The notes: generated from the letters alone by a model not told the origin. Shown: positions 12,330-27,100, counted from the stretch's first letter. The stretch: 64,000 nt of DNA from Raja brachyura (GCA_963514005.1 OY740809.1:20398001-20462000), one strand, 5' to 3'. Translations and numbers: made by a program.

Positions 12330-13338
12330 ATTTGAGGCCATCATCGTTCTTATGCTCACTTGGATAAGCCGGGAAGCATTGTGAGAGTCATGGTTTTTTA
12401 TTACTTCTCCAGTGCTTTTAACATCATCCACCCTGCACTGCTAGGGAGCAAACTAACAAAGATGCAGGTGGATGCTGCTTTGGTGTCCTGGATCACCAAC
12501 TACCTGACTGGACGACCACAGTATATCAGGCTACAGAACTGTGTCTCAGACATGGTAGTGAGCAACACAGGAGCCCCACGGGACGTTCCTCTCCCCCTTT
12601 CCTGTTCACCATCTGCACCTTAGACTTCAGATACAACTCGGACTCCTGCCACCTGCAGAAGTTTTTGAATGACTCTGGAACTGTGGGCTGCATCAGTGAG
12701 GGGAGGGAAGCTGTAGTCAACGACTTTGTTGAGTGGTGTGGGCCGAATCACCTGCAGCTTAACACCGACAAGACTGAGGAGTTAATGGTGAACTTTAGGA
12801 GGAGAGGAATACCCATGTCTCCATCAATGGTGTGTATGTGCAGTTTACCAAGGAGTATAAATCCATTGTCACCTTCGCTGTCGTGTGCTTGGGCAGCAAA
12901 GCAAAGGCTGCAGATGCCAATAGGATAATAAAAACATCAGGAAGGCTGGCTTCATCCTGGGGGCGGAGTTGGATTTATGGGAGGTGGTCTTGGAGGGGAG
13001 GATGCTCCTCAAACTGTGGAGTATCTTGGGCAATGCAGCACACCCCCATCATGACACACTGGTCAACCTGAGGAGCACCTTCAGCAACAGACTGGTTCCA
13101 CCAAGATGCAGAACAGAATGCCACGGAAGATCCTTCTTCCCTGTGGCTATCAAACTGTACAACTCCTCCCCCTTATGTGGTGGGGTAGACTAAGATGGGT
13201 TTCCCCCATCCCAATCTTTGAACATCCCCATTCCTTTCCACTTGTCATTTTGATTTCATGTTTCGCGTATTTTATGTTTTTATGACTGTTGGCAGATCAA
13301 TTTCACTCCTGCGATAAATAAAGTTGTATCGTATTGTA
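12330..13338 (+). mobile_element. Rex1/Babar-like LINE 3' fragment
   Basis: ORFs 12360-12623 (FSSAFNII...SWITNYLTGRPQY...SNTGAP), 12665-12928 (HLQLNTDKT.EL) and 12969-13193 (RSFFPVAIKLYN); tail GATAAATAAAGTTGTATCGTATTGTA. Confidence 0.75.
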
Positions 13339-15109
13339 GTTTTCACCTTTTCTTTGAATGGTTAAAAAGTATTTGCTCATACCCTATCCAATATATATAT
13401 TTTTTGCTTTCTGTATTAATGTATATTTGTTTCTTTTGAGTTTTAGCTTGTATTCACGTAGCCACCTGAAAAGTTTGTTTAATATTCCAAGACTTCTGCA
13501 GTACACTTGGCTTTAGTACTCCATCTTAATTCATAGACAATGATCTATATCCTGTGTGGCTTGTCTGCTGAGTCATGAAATATCTTTGGAGAGGATTTCA
13601 CACCACAAGCTAGCTTATGTAGATAATGACCTCTGTGTGTATTAAGTAGCAAACATTGCTGACTGCTCTGATCAATAAATCTACGACAGGTCAAGCTCAG
13701 TGAAAACATTAGCTGTTTCCTACACTGAGGTGTATTGTACCTGATGTCCTTTGGATTTTCAATATATCATCTTTTTAGGTGACTTGCTATCAAGTTTCGT
13801 CTGATCTATGAATCGTGTTTTGCCCTGCGATTGTGTGACACTATTTCAGTGCAGGCTGCTGGATGACTATGTTGTCACCAACGGAGTGCAAGGAATGGTG
13901 GAGATGGAGAAGGAGATGGGGAAGGAAGGGCGGTGATAGAGAAGGATGGTGATGGGGAAGGAAGGCCAGTGTTGGAGAAGAGACCACTTCATGGCGATCC
14001 AAAATTCCAACTTCAGCTCTTGGTTCTTGCTGGGAAATGTATGAATAGTAGAGTGCTTCGCTGAGCATGAGCAGAAATGGCCTCACACTTCCCTTGATCT
14101 CACTCATTAGGAGCAGTCCAACTGAGGGCATTAAAGTCATAAAATTGGAGGTAGAATTGGCAGACAAGTATAATCTTTGTAAATAAATATGCAAAGGTTT
14201 CCCCAACACGCAGACACCAATTTCAGTGCACGTTTGCGACCAGAGGGGAGGATGTGCGGAACTGTGTTTGACCTGCGTGGACTAATTAGCTAGGTTGGAC
14301 TTTTCTGTGCGAGCAGAACCTATTTGGACAGTTTTTCATGTTAGCTACATGCCAGCATTGTAACTCTGCTAGATCCAGAGTACAGGCCTTCAGTCCTACA
14401 GCTGGGTTATTGGCTGACCAATAGATTTTGCTGTTTCCAGTTTTCTCATGGGGCTAAAAGGAAGTACCCGACCTAAACAATCCAAAACAAAATCTCAACT
14501 CATGCATACTCTCTGATTGGGGCATTATGCCTCTTGAATTTATCTTCTGGTGCTAGGAGGCATCTCAGCCACAATATCACAAACATTATTTTAAATCTTT
14601 AGTCTGAGTTATCCAGTCTTATGAATAAGGTGGTCAATTTCATTTGGCTCTGACAATTCCATTAGCTTAAAAATAGTTATGGAATGGATAGGGCTGGTCA
14701 ACGATTGGGGTTAAGTGAGGGTGTGAGAGTTCACAATATGCATGTACCTGTTAAAGTAAAGGGTATGGCTGGCAGAAGTAAGATGACAAGATACATTGAA
14801 GCTTATCAGGTGTAGGCAGCTGGGATCAAGAGTACCCTTGGAGGAGATTAGGTGATTGAGTAATTTGCTTGGGAAGGAATCCAGGAAAGCAAAAGGGGGC
14901 AGGAGATAGCTCTGGCAGATAAGATTAAGGAGCATCCAAAGAGATTTTATATTAAGCGAAACTTGTGAGAACGTGGTCGTCCATGTGTGAAATCGCAAGA
15001 GGTGGGCAAAGTCCTGGGCATCGTAATAGCACCCCGAGAGGACAGCTTCTTCACACAAGGCATATCAAATGAACCACCTGACTGAGGTAACAATACATTT
15101 AAAAGTCAC

Positions 15110-16701
15110 TAGACCAAGTGCAGACCCGTTGGGTCTGTTCCCCCAATGTGTGGTTGCGGGGGAGGGGGGGCGGCATGCAACGTCACACACGCTAACTACT
15201 CCCTTGATATTATATTAATATTATTAATTTGCTCCTTTTACCCAATAACCACCCTATCCACTGATTCATAGCCCTCAACTCGCGGGCGCGTCTAGAGGGC
15301 GGGGGGGTAGAGAGTGAAGGCAGAGAGAGAGGGAGGGGTTGGAGAGGGAGAGGGAGGGGTTGGAGGGGNNNNNNNNNNNNNNNNNNNNNNNNNNNNNNNN
15401 NNNNNNNNNNNNNNNNNNNNNNNNNNNNNNNNNNNNNNNNNNNNNNNNNNNNNNNNNNNNNNNNNNNNNNNNNNNNNNNNNNNNNNNNNNNNNNNNNNNN
15501 NNNNNNNNNNNNNNNNNNNNNNNNNNNNNNNNNNCGCAAGGTTTTTATCAAAGGACTTGCAAGCGGTGCGATTGGCAGCATGTTGGGTTTGCAGTGGGAG
15601 GGAGGGAGGGAGGGAGTGGCGTGACTCGTTGCGCCCCACGCAGCGCTAACGGCCGCCGTCACCGCCATGTTTTACCATCGGGCGGGGCCGGGAGGCAGGT
15701 GGGCCTCGATTGGTGGGCATGTGGCATTGTGACGTGAGCAGCTGGCAAGCGGCGTTTATTTTTTTTTAAGTGAGTTTTGTGAACAATTTTATTCCAAATC
15801 TGGAGAAATAATTGACCTAGGAGTGGATTTCTGAGCTAATAAGAAAAATGCCTACCGAAAAAATCTCCGCGTTTTTGCGTCTGGTTTTCGAGGAGATACG
15901 TTTCAAAGGCAAAATGACATACACCCACACACGTACACATAATTTTAAAAGTATACTAGACCAAGTGCAGACCTGTTGGGTTGTTCCCCCCAACGTGTGG
16001 TTGCAGGGGAGGGGGGTCTGGGGGGGGGGGGGGTGACATGCGGCGTCACACACACTAACTATCCCCCGCACACACGCTAACTACCCCCCTTGATATTATA
16101 TCAATGTTATTAATTTGCTCCTTTTATCCCATAACCACCCTATCCACTGATGCATAGCCCCCAACTCGCAGGCGCGTCTAGAGAGGGGGGGGGGGGGGGT
16201 AGAGAGTGAGGGCAGAGCAAGAATGGGGAGAGACAGAGTGAGAAGGGCAAGAGACAGGGGGGGGAGGGTTGGGGAGGGGAGCAAGAGAAGGGAGGAGAGA
16301 ATGGGGGAATGGGGGGCTGGGGGGGAGGGAAGGGGGAGAGGGGGAGAGGGGGAGAGGGGGAGAGGGGGAGGAAGGGGAGGGGGAGAGGTGGGGGAAGGGA
16401 GGGGGAGGTGGAGGGAAGAGGGTAGGGGAGGGGTTGAGGGGGGGAAGGGGGTTTGGGGGAAGGGGGTTTTGGGGTGGGAGGGTGGGGGATGGCAGGGCAT
16501 TGGGGGAGTTGAAGGGGAAGAGAGAGAGGGAGGCGGAGAGAGAGGAAGGGGAGGAAGAGAGAGGGGAGAGAGAGCAAGGGGGAGAGAGGGGGGCGGGAGA
16601 GAGAGAGAGAGAGAGAGAGGGGGGAAGAGAGGCAGATAAAAGGGGTAGGGAGAGAGGAGAGGGGAAAGAGAGGTGAAGAGAGGGGGAGGGAGAGAGAGGG
16701 G

Positions 16702-16737
<36 letters not shown>

Positions 16738-17172
16738 AGAGAGAGAGAGGAGGGCGGGGTGTGGAGGGAAGCCGGGCCGCCAATAGAGGAGAGAGAGAGA
16801 AGCGGCTTCTAACTCTGGAAACCCACAGCTGGAATGAGCGGGGCGGGGCTTCGCGAGCTGTGCCAGCTGTGAGGAGAAGGTTCAGCGGTAGCGGAACGGA
16901 GCTGTAGAATCTTTGTTCTGCAGAACGTATGAGGAGACGGTTCAGCGCCTTCAATCCACAGTAGGCAGGTGGGCCAGGAGGCAGGTGAGCCTGTATTGGT
17001 GGGCATGTGGGCATTGTGACATCAGCAGCTGGCAAGCGGCGATTATATTTTAAAAAGTGAGTTTTGTGAACAACTTTATTCAAAATCTGGGGAAATAATT
17101 GACCGAATTTAGAGAGGAGTGCATTTATGAAATCGTAAGTTAAATCCCTACCGAAATTGTACAAATCTCTGC
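15110..17172 (-). mobile_element. Two tandem non-autonomous Helitron-like copies (15110-15955 and 15956-17172), purine-rich interior, assembly gap at 15369-15534
   Basis: Each copy ends on the minus strand with ...GCACTTGGTCTAG, preceded in copy 1 by the hairpin AGACCCAACGGGTCT. Copy 1 starts TATACTTTTAAAA. The element is absent from the paralogous site (~39530, GTCA|TTTGG), consistent with an A|T target and no TSD. Confidence 0.65.
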
Positions 17173-18192
17173 GAGGCATTTGGGCCAAGATGCTCTATTA
17201 CTCAATGACTCTATATGTGTTTGTTTGAAGCAGCTAGCATGTAATTAACAAAACATTATTGCTTACTCTTTATTAAGGATCACATTAACAGAGTTTCTGA
17301 ACAAGCAAATAACAAATAACAAAATGACAACGGTTTATTTACTGTGACCAAATCAAATTAAGTCAAACTCCAGTAATTACACAAATCAGCAAATAATGTA
17401 GAAAGTCCCATTAAAAAAGAAAGGCATTGAAATAGTTACACATCTTCCTTATTTCCAAAGCAAATCTGTAATATTAAAGTTGGTAGAGATAGCCACCCTC
17501 AATGAGTGCCATCAGTTTTCTTGGAAACGATATATACCCTGAAACACCATGGCCATATTGCAGGTGTGATTCTCTGCACGGCCTAAGTGTAAAGCAGCAA
17601 TTGAAGGATTAATTTTAAAATCCTAAAAAATCACGTACGTTTTTAATAATCTTCTGTTCAGTAAAAATATTTGATCCGATTATTGGAGAAGTTTGTACAT
17701 CAAGTTTATTTTCAATAAAATTGTAAATAGCCATTAATAACTACTGCTATTACTTTGATTTCTGGCATTGTTTAACAGCGTTAACAACGTAGATTTTTTA
17801 AAATCCAAAGCAACCTTTATAAAACTGTTTAAAACTCAAGTTCGATCATGGATCTTTCCCAGGTAGCAATTTTTTTTTTAAATTCCCAAGTCATGTGAAG
17901 CAATACAAAATTATGAAAGTAGAAAAGTCACAGCATAGCTCATTCAACCTCAACATATGGAGTTTATGGTCAAAGATTTGTACTTTAGATAGTTTTTTTT
18001 TTCACCTTACATTATACTGAGTTGTCAAGTAATGTGCTTTGATTTATAAAATTATGTAATCTCCATTTTATCACATTTCATTCGATGTATAATTTTCATG
18101 CAAAAATTAAGTTTAATCATGTTCTTTAATCACTTTCAGAATTATAAAATACATTCCTTTGTCATTCTCAGTAGAACTATTTTTTTTGCTGA

Positions 18193-21100
18193 TTATGAAA
18201 CACCTTCCATTTTCACTGTCCAGCCATTTTTTGAGGGAGCAGTATATGGAGAAAGAGGGGACAGGGAGATGAGAAGGCCTTTGGTGGGAGAAGTCGTCCA
18301 TTTCAAAGGTTTTGGGATTCCCAACATTGTCACCTGGAGAGATAGCACAAGAGCATGAAACAAGAACAATTCATAGGATGCATCTCAGTCCAGTGACAAC
18401 TGTTTTCCTCTTGACCACATTATCCTACAGAGTGGTGAACACAGCCAAGTCCATCATAGGTCTATCACTTCCTTCCACCCAGCCCATCTTCATGGTACAT
18501 TAGTATTAGGAAGTTGGAAGTGAAGGATGCCTGTTACTCTGGCAATTCCCTTTACTCTACCTTCTTGGAGATGACTTAGGAGCTCAAAAGCCTGCAGTAC
18601 AGCCTCTTCTCCCTAACATACTCAAGAATTAATCAACTCCTTCCAAAAGGTGCTGTCATGTACCTTTACTCATAACTTTGCCTTATTCCATTAACGCACT
18701 TTTGTAATTTTTGCACTACTTCAGATCGCACTATAATCTGCAATCACCATGTCTACTTTTTACTCTAGGATTTGTGCAAACTAGGAATTCTATCACACCC
18801 TGGTGCATATTACAAATTAATCCAAATCTGAAGCATGGCTGCAGAATTGAAATGTAGAAATATGTAGGTTTTTCCATGCTTCCGGGAGATTCAAGAACGG
18901 TGCCACTAAATCAGAAAAGGTGACAGAGGAAAGACCTGGAACCTGACACAAGACGCTCTTGCATGGACCTGCGTCTGGCATGACAAACATCGCAAACATC
19001 AACATGATAGAATGAAGCTTGATGTACTGCATGGTATGACTTCAGTTGCAATAAATGTTAACTCTTGTTATCAATCTAGACTTGGGGAACAAGTAGTATT
19101 TGTGAGATGATTTATTGCAAGATCCTTTTGTCAAACAGCCTTGGAATAAATTGCCAAACATTATTTTAAAAGAAGTTGACGAAAAACTAAATGGGGAGAA
19201 TGCTATTTAATTAATATATAGGTCAGAAGGAAATGACAATAGGCCAGGTTTACTGAGGGTCTAATTTGCACTTTATGACCATAACAATTTAAGTATAAAT
19301 TATGTTATATTCCAGGACAAGCCAAGCTTGCAGCCTGAATAAAGTAGATTACTCCTGGGGTATTGAAATATCTAGAATAAATAAAAGATGAAGCTAGAAA
19401 TTTCAGAAAATGACGAAGGAGTAAAGAATATCTAACCGATGTCTACAAACGATTGTGAGCAGCAAGCGATGATTCTAGAGGATATTGGATTGCCCACAAT
19501 TGCATGAGGTAGCCTGTAGGTCATTTCTGAGAGTACTATAAGTGGCAGAATGACTATCGATTTATGCTTTTGTTACCAGTGAATGGGCAGAGAAGTCCAA
19601 GTAGAGAAAGCATGAGGGAGCTCTTAGACTAGAATATCCTTAAACATAGGAGGATATATTATAATTTCCTTAAGCAAAATAAATTGTTTTCTGATACTTA
19701 ACAAATATGAAACTTCTAAAAGACATCCTAGACAGACTATTGGAGACAAAAAATATGGAGACTCAGAATGACAAAGAACATGGCTGAAGAATAAAAATAT
19801 TGTAAGTGACAAAGAAGATAAACACGTAGCAAATGTTGGATAATTTAATAAAAAGGAACAGGAGGGGTTAAAGGAGGAAAATTAAGTATACATTTGTGTT
19901 ATGTTCAATCTTAGGACAACAATTACCAAACTTAAATAATGTCTGTACAATTAGCAAGCATGAAAACCAGGGCAAAAGCAAACAGATTTGATGATGACTG
20001 TCAATTGGAACAGACTGAAATCATTGGAGACAATTCTGAAACGTTGGGTAAAGAACAAGAAGTTGGTTGGGAATGAAATAAGTTTTATATACTTACAGTG
20101 GTGTTTGGAAAGGTCTTTGGCGATTCCAGTTGTAGGATGTTGTCAATGGGCCACTTTGTAAATATTCCATAAACTGAGGATCCTTTACTGGTGTACCTGG
20201 AAGGAAGAAAAGAGCAGAATGCAAACGTGAGCAGTGAATTAAAACACTGCTTGCCATAGAAGGCTGTGGAGGCCAAGTCAATGGATATTTTTTTATAGCA
20301 GAGATAGATAGATTCTTGTTTAGTACGGGTGTCAGACGTTATGGGGTGAAGGCAGAAGAATGAGGTTAGGAGGGAGAGATAGATCACCCATGATTGACTG
20401 GCGGAGTAGACTTCTGTGAAACACGAGTGAAGCATAAACAGCAAGCTCACAGCATGAGAATAGATCTACAGCTATTGTGAAGTGCCCTCTTGCAGTCTGA
20501 CCCAAGTAGGGTATAAATGCTGCCATGATCTGGTTCAAGGGGCTGATCCATTTCATTCTCCTGTATTTCAAGCAATTCTACACTTCTCCAATTATTCAGT
20601 CCTCATTAAATTTATAGATCACAGAGAGAACGGGCAAACTCCACTCAAGACAGCACCCGAGGTCACGATCAATTCCAGATCCCTGGAGCTGAGGAAGCAG
20701 TACTATTCATTGCACCATCTTGCCTCCCATCTTTAAACATGAAGTGACTGAATATAGGAATGAAGAATGGTGCAAAGTGAAAATAAATAGTTGCTACATT
20801 TAAACCTGATGGATATTACCATATTATATTTGTAGTGTTCTCTTTCTGAACTCTCCATGGTGTTGATGCATATATTGCTTCACCATTAACACGCAACCAC
20901 TGTCCCAGGCCACGCAACCTTTCCTCAAAAATAGGAGCGATGATGCCGTCTTTCGTTGGACCGATGTTGAGCAGGAAGTTGCCACCATAAGCGATAGTAT
21001 CCAGTAAATTCTGCCAGAAAGAGAGAGATTTTGCAATGATCTCCAATACCACAGTTCCAATTCTAATTCCAGGCCTCGTAACAACAATGGACCATTATAT

Positions 21101-24100
21101 TTTTGCACAATGTTGTAACACCATCCCAGAGAACCTACTGGATTACTACTGTGTACATCATCCCAGTTTGGTAAATAAATTATAGTATTTGCATATGATT
21201 AACAAGCTTTAAGCATCCACACCATTACATAAAAATACTTTGTAAAAAATGTCCAATGATTCCATATATCTGCTTGAAAGGCATTGATTCAATGCAAACC
21301 AACCCACTAAAATGTACGGAATGGCTTTTCACTGTTACAGCTGGACTGAACACATTTTACAGTGTCCTAGTTGAATACTAATATTTCTGGCTATTTATTG
21401 GCAGGCTTAACAGTTGAACACAGCACCCCTGCACTGGGATCAGAAACATCCTGCTCAGTGGCACATGGGTCAATTGTCATGTCCACTACTGATTGAGACA
21501 CAAGTTGGAAACTATCTGATCGCTGTGGCTCAGTTTCCATTTGGTTGCTAAGAAAGTTATCCCAGGAGGCCAATACACTTTCGCCTGGACTCATTTTCAT
21601 TCCAGTGATGTACCATATTGATTAACCTGGAGTACATACAGTGAGAAGGGATGGCAGATCCATCAGGTCGCTCATCATCATATTTCTGCGATATCCCCAT
21701 GACCTTTTGTCGACTGAGGTGCACATCTCCCATTTATGGTTCTGTAGTGCATGGGGACTGTATTTGTCTCTGCAGTCATAGAAGCCACCATGTTTACAAG
21801 CACAGCCAACTCCCCAGCGGTCATTAGTTACCACAGTATCCTAGTGACAGAAATGATATATTTTTAAACTTGTATTTAAATAGCAATTTTACAAACCACA
21901 CCATGTTACCAAACAATTTACAGCACCGTTGTGGATAATGTAAGAAACATGCTAGCAGGTCAACACAAAGCTAGGTCTCAAAACAACAAGAAAATTACTG
22001 ATATTCAGTCAAGGATTATTGTGGACAGGGCATAACAGGAAACACAATTTTATTACCGGATACAATATGCAGGGGACTGGAATTATTTCAACACATTTGT
22101 CCACATACCATAAAATGTGGTGGAAAGCATCCACACGATGAAATTTAATTTAGTGGAAAAGAAAGAACAAAAAATAGTGCAACTTTGTCAAGGATACCTG
22201 GGAGGTCAATAAAATTAATTCTGCAAGAAATGAACCTGCATAAAATGAAAAGATCCAACATGAAAACAATCAAGCTAACCAACCCAGAGTACTTAGACAA
22301 TCAGATTAGTGTGGGTGTAGAAGTAATGAGATTTGATGTGAGAAGTGTGAACAAAAGTAGATAAGTTATTTTAAGAAGGCAATTCCATCAATTATATATC
22401 GGTGAGCCCAAGCATAGGCTTGACGATCGCTTCGCTGAACACCTCCGCTCGGTTCACAATAACCAACCTGATCTCCCGGTGGCCCAGCACTTCAACTCCC
22501 TCTCCCATTCTGAATCCAACCTTTCTGTCCTCGGCCTCCTCCATGGCCAGAGTGAAGACCACCGTAAATTGGAGGAGCAGTGTCTCATATTTCGCTTGGG
22601 CAGTTTGCACCCCAGCAGTATGAACATTGACTTCTCTAAGTTCAGGTAGCCCTTACTTTCTCCTCCCCTTCTCAGCTCCCCCTCAGCCCTCTGGCTCCAC
22701 CTCTTCCTTTCTTCCTCCCCCCCCCCCCACCCCCCCCCCCCCCCCCCCCCCCCCCACCAACCCTCACATCAGTCTGAAGAAGGGTTTCGACCCGAAACGT
22801 TGCCTATTTCCTTCGCTCCATAGATGCTGCCTCACCCGTTGAGTTTCTCCAGCATTTTTGTCTACCTTCCATCAATTTAAAACTAACTTTTAAAAACTCA
22901 AACAATATAAAATTGGTAAACACAACAACCAACTGCTTCAACACATAAGATGCTGCGCACATTTTGAGTTGGTGTTTGTAAATTACCCAACATGTTTAAA
23001 TAAGGTGAAGTTGTAGCTCTGTCAAGCAGCTTGACATGATCTACAGACTCTCCCACAACTAAAAACCACGGCTACGTTGATCAAAATGTGGGGGAAAAGC
23101 ACGGCTACTCAATTGTATGATAGGGGAATTGTTGAAACAATTCAGTTCATTGTAAAGCCAACAGCTTTAATTGAATAGCTGAAGCAGTCTGAAGAATGGT
23201 CTCGACCCAACCACTCTTTCCCTCCAGAGATTCTGCCTGTCCCACTGAGTTGTGCCAACATTGTATGTCTATCTTCGGTGTAAACCAACATCTGCAGTTC
23301 CTTCCCACACAGCTTTAAATTCTTGTTAAGCGCAGAACTAAAAAACTAGGTAAACGAGCCTAATCCCAAATTGGCCAATAAAGAAATTAAAAATCAGAAA
23401 ACTGATCATTGTTAAATTATAATCATCGATACAGATCGTGAATATTGTTAATATATACCTTGACAGGACTGTCATTGTAAAGCCAGGCGAGAAATCCAGT
23501 GGAATTCCAGTAAGTATCTGATCCCTCCCAGTCCCCATCTGACCAGATTATATCAGGTTTATATCTATCAGAACACAAAACAAAATTCCTATAATTTCTA
23601 AACATTCTTGATGCAAAAACCTGATTATATTTATCAAGTAATGCCATTGTCTTCTTTAAAAATGCCTTAAATTTAACATAGAAACATAGAAAATAGGTGC
23701 AGGAGGAGGCCATTCGGCCCTTTGAGCCAGCATCGCCATTCAATGTGATCATGGCTGATCACATTAGTTCTTTTTAAATTCAACACTATGGAATTACATC
23801 ATCTCAATTAGTTTGATTTGAAAATTATAAACACAAGATTATTTTAGTAATAGTAATAGGATTACCAATATTATGAGGTTTAAAATATAAGCAGCAGATG
23901 AATTATGTAACTGAAATTATTTTGTCAGATTACGTTGTTGTTATATCATATGGGGGAAATAAAAAAGAATTTGAAGAGCTTTCACCCATTCATGTTACAC
24001 CAGAGTATATATTTAAAGTGGAACAATATGAGTCATTTAGCTGCCTTATTGAAATATTCCTGCTAATTTTAGCTATTTATTTTTCCTGAGAGATTCTCAA

Positions 24101-27100
24101 TACTCACCTTGTCTCTGCCCTGCCCTCAACCTCACAGAATAATCCCTGAGGAGCCCCACAAATGCTGCCTGATCTACTGCACATTTCTATCATTTATTTT
24201 ATATTTCCAGCATCTGCAGTTTTATTTTGATTTTCAAAACACTCAGATCACAGGCGCAAAGTTAAAGCACCACCTACTGGTCTCTGTGTTAAAAGGCATA
24301 AAACAAGAGACACTGCTCACATCCAAGGGTTACACAAAAAGCTGGAGAAACTCAGCGGGTGCAGCAGCATCTAAGGGGCGAAGGAGATAGGCGACGTTTC
24401 GGGTCGAGACCCTTCTTCAGACTGGTCAGGGATCAGGGAAACGAGAGATATAAACAGTGATGTGGAGAGATAAAGAACAATGAATGAAAGATATGCAAAA
24501 AAGTAGTTGGTTTGTAGTGGATGTCAGTCAGGAGTGTATCACCTGCAATAGAGATGGTGAGGTCAAGGAATGGTAGGGAAATGTCGGAAATGGTCCAAGT
24601 ATATTTGAGTGCCGGATGGAAGTTGGTGGTGAAATGGATGAAGTCAGTCAGTTGTGCGTGGGTGCAGGAGGTGACACCAAAGCAGTCGTCAATGTAACGG
24701 AGGTAAAGGTCGGGGGTGGGGCCCTGGTACGCCGAGAACAAAGATTGTTCGACGTGCCCGATAAAGAGGCAGGCGTAGCTAGGGCCCATGCGTGTGCCCA
24801 TAGCTACGCCTTGTGTTTGGAGGAAATGGGATGAGTCAAAAGAGAAGTTGTTGAGGGTAAGGACCAACTCCGCTAGGCGGAGGAGGGTGTCAGTGGATGG
24901 GTATGGGTTGCTCCTCTGGTCGAGGAAGTACCGGAGGGCTTTGAGACCATCCTGGTGGGGGATGCAGGTGTATAGTGACTGGACGTCCATGGTGAAGATG
25001 AGAGGATGGGGGCCTGGACAACGGAATGTGCGGAGCCGACGGAGAGTGTCTGAGGTGTCTTGAACATAGGTGGGGAGGGATTTAACAAGGGGGATAGGAT
25101 GGAGTCAAGGTATGTGGAAATGTGTTCGGTGGGACACGAACAGGCAGAGACAATGGGTCTGCCGGGGCAGTCGTCAAATGTACACATCAAATGTGTTTAT
25201 TAGTGATGAGAACATTTACAACGAAAGATTGCAAAACTATCATATGGCATTACCTCGTGACCAGTTCGTACAGTTCTGGTAAAGTTTTTTCCACAACAAA
25301 TTTCTGGGTCTTGAATTTGTTTAGCTTGTCATACAAGAAGAGAGGGTTAAACCACTCAATGAGAGAATGGTACACTCCATAATATAACTTCCTATTGCAA
25401 AAGAATAACAATTTTGAAATATTAAATTCAGTTGGGATTTCAGCTTCTTTTACATAACCGTTATGCAAGGTTAAAAATGGCCCAGAAAAAAAACAGATTA
25501 GCTACAATAACAAAAGTTGTATTGGTTAAAATCATCACAGGATTACATTTGGTATTCCTTTGACAAAAGAAGGGTGCATCAACTGGAGAGACAATTTGCG
25601 GAACAAAGCATTTGAGAATACACGAGTTTAGAGAACTGTGCCTCAAATTGTCTACCTAGGATTGAACTGAGACATGTCAAAATAGAGACATTGTGCGGAT
25701 ATATATCAAGACAAATATCAAATGTTACTGCAAGATCATCAAATCAGTGAAGGAATGCATTTTAGTTTGTTTGAAACTTATTACGCTTCCTGTACAAAGA
25801 GTTCATTGTAAGTTGATGTTACTGACTAGCCATTCCAGGCTGCAGGAGTGCACCTTTTGCATGCTGAAGAATGCAAAGGCTTTGTCAGAAAGGAACACTG
25901 CCTCCACCAGATACTGAAGGGTTGGGTCCTGCATAACAGCCCCTCAAACACTTGAACAGTATTATTCAGGAAGACCTCATGAGTGGCAATGGTATTTGTA
26001 CATAGAATATAAAGAAAGGCATATACTGTTTATGCTGCATTTCCAGTTTATAATTTTAGGAATAACGAATAATTTTGAGGGAAAAATGAAGTGGACAGGC
26101 CACTTTAAAAAATGCTTGAAGGCCAGCTCATTACCCACAGCAATACAATATAAAAGATAAAATTAAGGCTTAGTCTTTGAGAATAGAAACCTCAGCTACT
26201 CTCAGCATTTTTTGCTTTCAGACACACTTTAGACCTTAATTAGTACAATGAATCTGCTCTATGAACATCAAGAACGGCAAACAACAACCTTCTTGACATC
26301 TTTGTCTATGTTTCCTATTATACCTTTATATCCAGATGAAAACTTCCCAGTTTACTTCAGTCGTATCGCAAAAATACAGCAAGGTCTCAACAAAATGACA
26401 GGTGAAAGTGAATAAAAATAGAGCAGCGACATAAACTTTAATATTTCTGGAAATGCAATAAATAAAGTGGCTGCCAACATCTCATTCAGAGACTGTGACC
26501 CCTGGTTCTTGAAACCCTGAACGAATCGTGAATGTTTCAATGTAATAATTAATCATTTTTCTGAACTCTAATAAGCATTCTGCTTAATCCCTCTTCATAA
26601 GATACTCCTTCCCAGAAATGTTGTTCCATCCATCCATCCTCGGCTCTGGAGAACAGATTTGCACCCAATAATCCAGGTGAATGCACCTGTAATTTCATGA
26701 AGACATCTTTACCGTTGTGTTCAAAACCTCTGTAATAAAGAACAGCAAGGGTGCAGCCTGCAGAGCTGCTGCATCACAGCACCAGGGACTCAATCCAGAT
26801 CTCGGGTACTGCTAACTATGCAATTACTGGAAGGATAGGCATCAACAACAGACAGGTTTCAATGGGCCAAACACCAAGCGAACAACCTGTGTATAAATGA
26901 AGTAATATGCTGTCTTTGGAAATTCTATTGCACCTGGGACAAGGAGGCATCCCAGATAAAGATCTGCACACTCGTGCCATCAAAACATAATCATGGTCAT
27001 ATCTACTGGGTTATCAATCATTATTGCATTAAAATGTAATGTGGATAGATTGGAGAAGCTGGAAATCTCTTCTTGAAAAAGAAGAGGTTGTGATTGAATC

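Noticed and set aside
16096-17188. Long Pro/Ser-rich and Gly/Arg/Glu-rich ORFs (up to 336 aa)
   Set aside because: They are translations of a low-complexity polypurine tract inside the Helitron-like repeat.
18098-19032. Short ORFs conserved in both units (e.g. 18817-19032 and 41252-41473)
   Set aside because: Conservation is explained by the recent duplication; they are intronic or antisense to exon 8 and have no recognisable motif.
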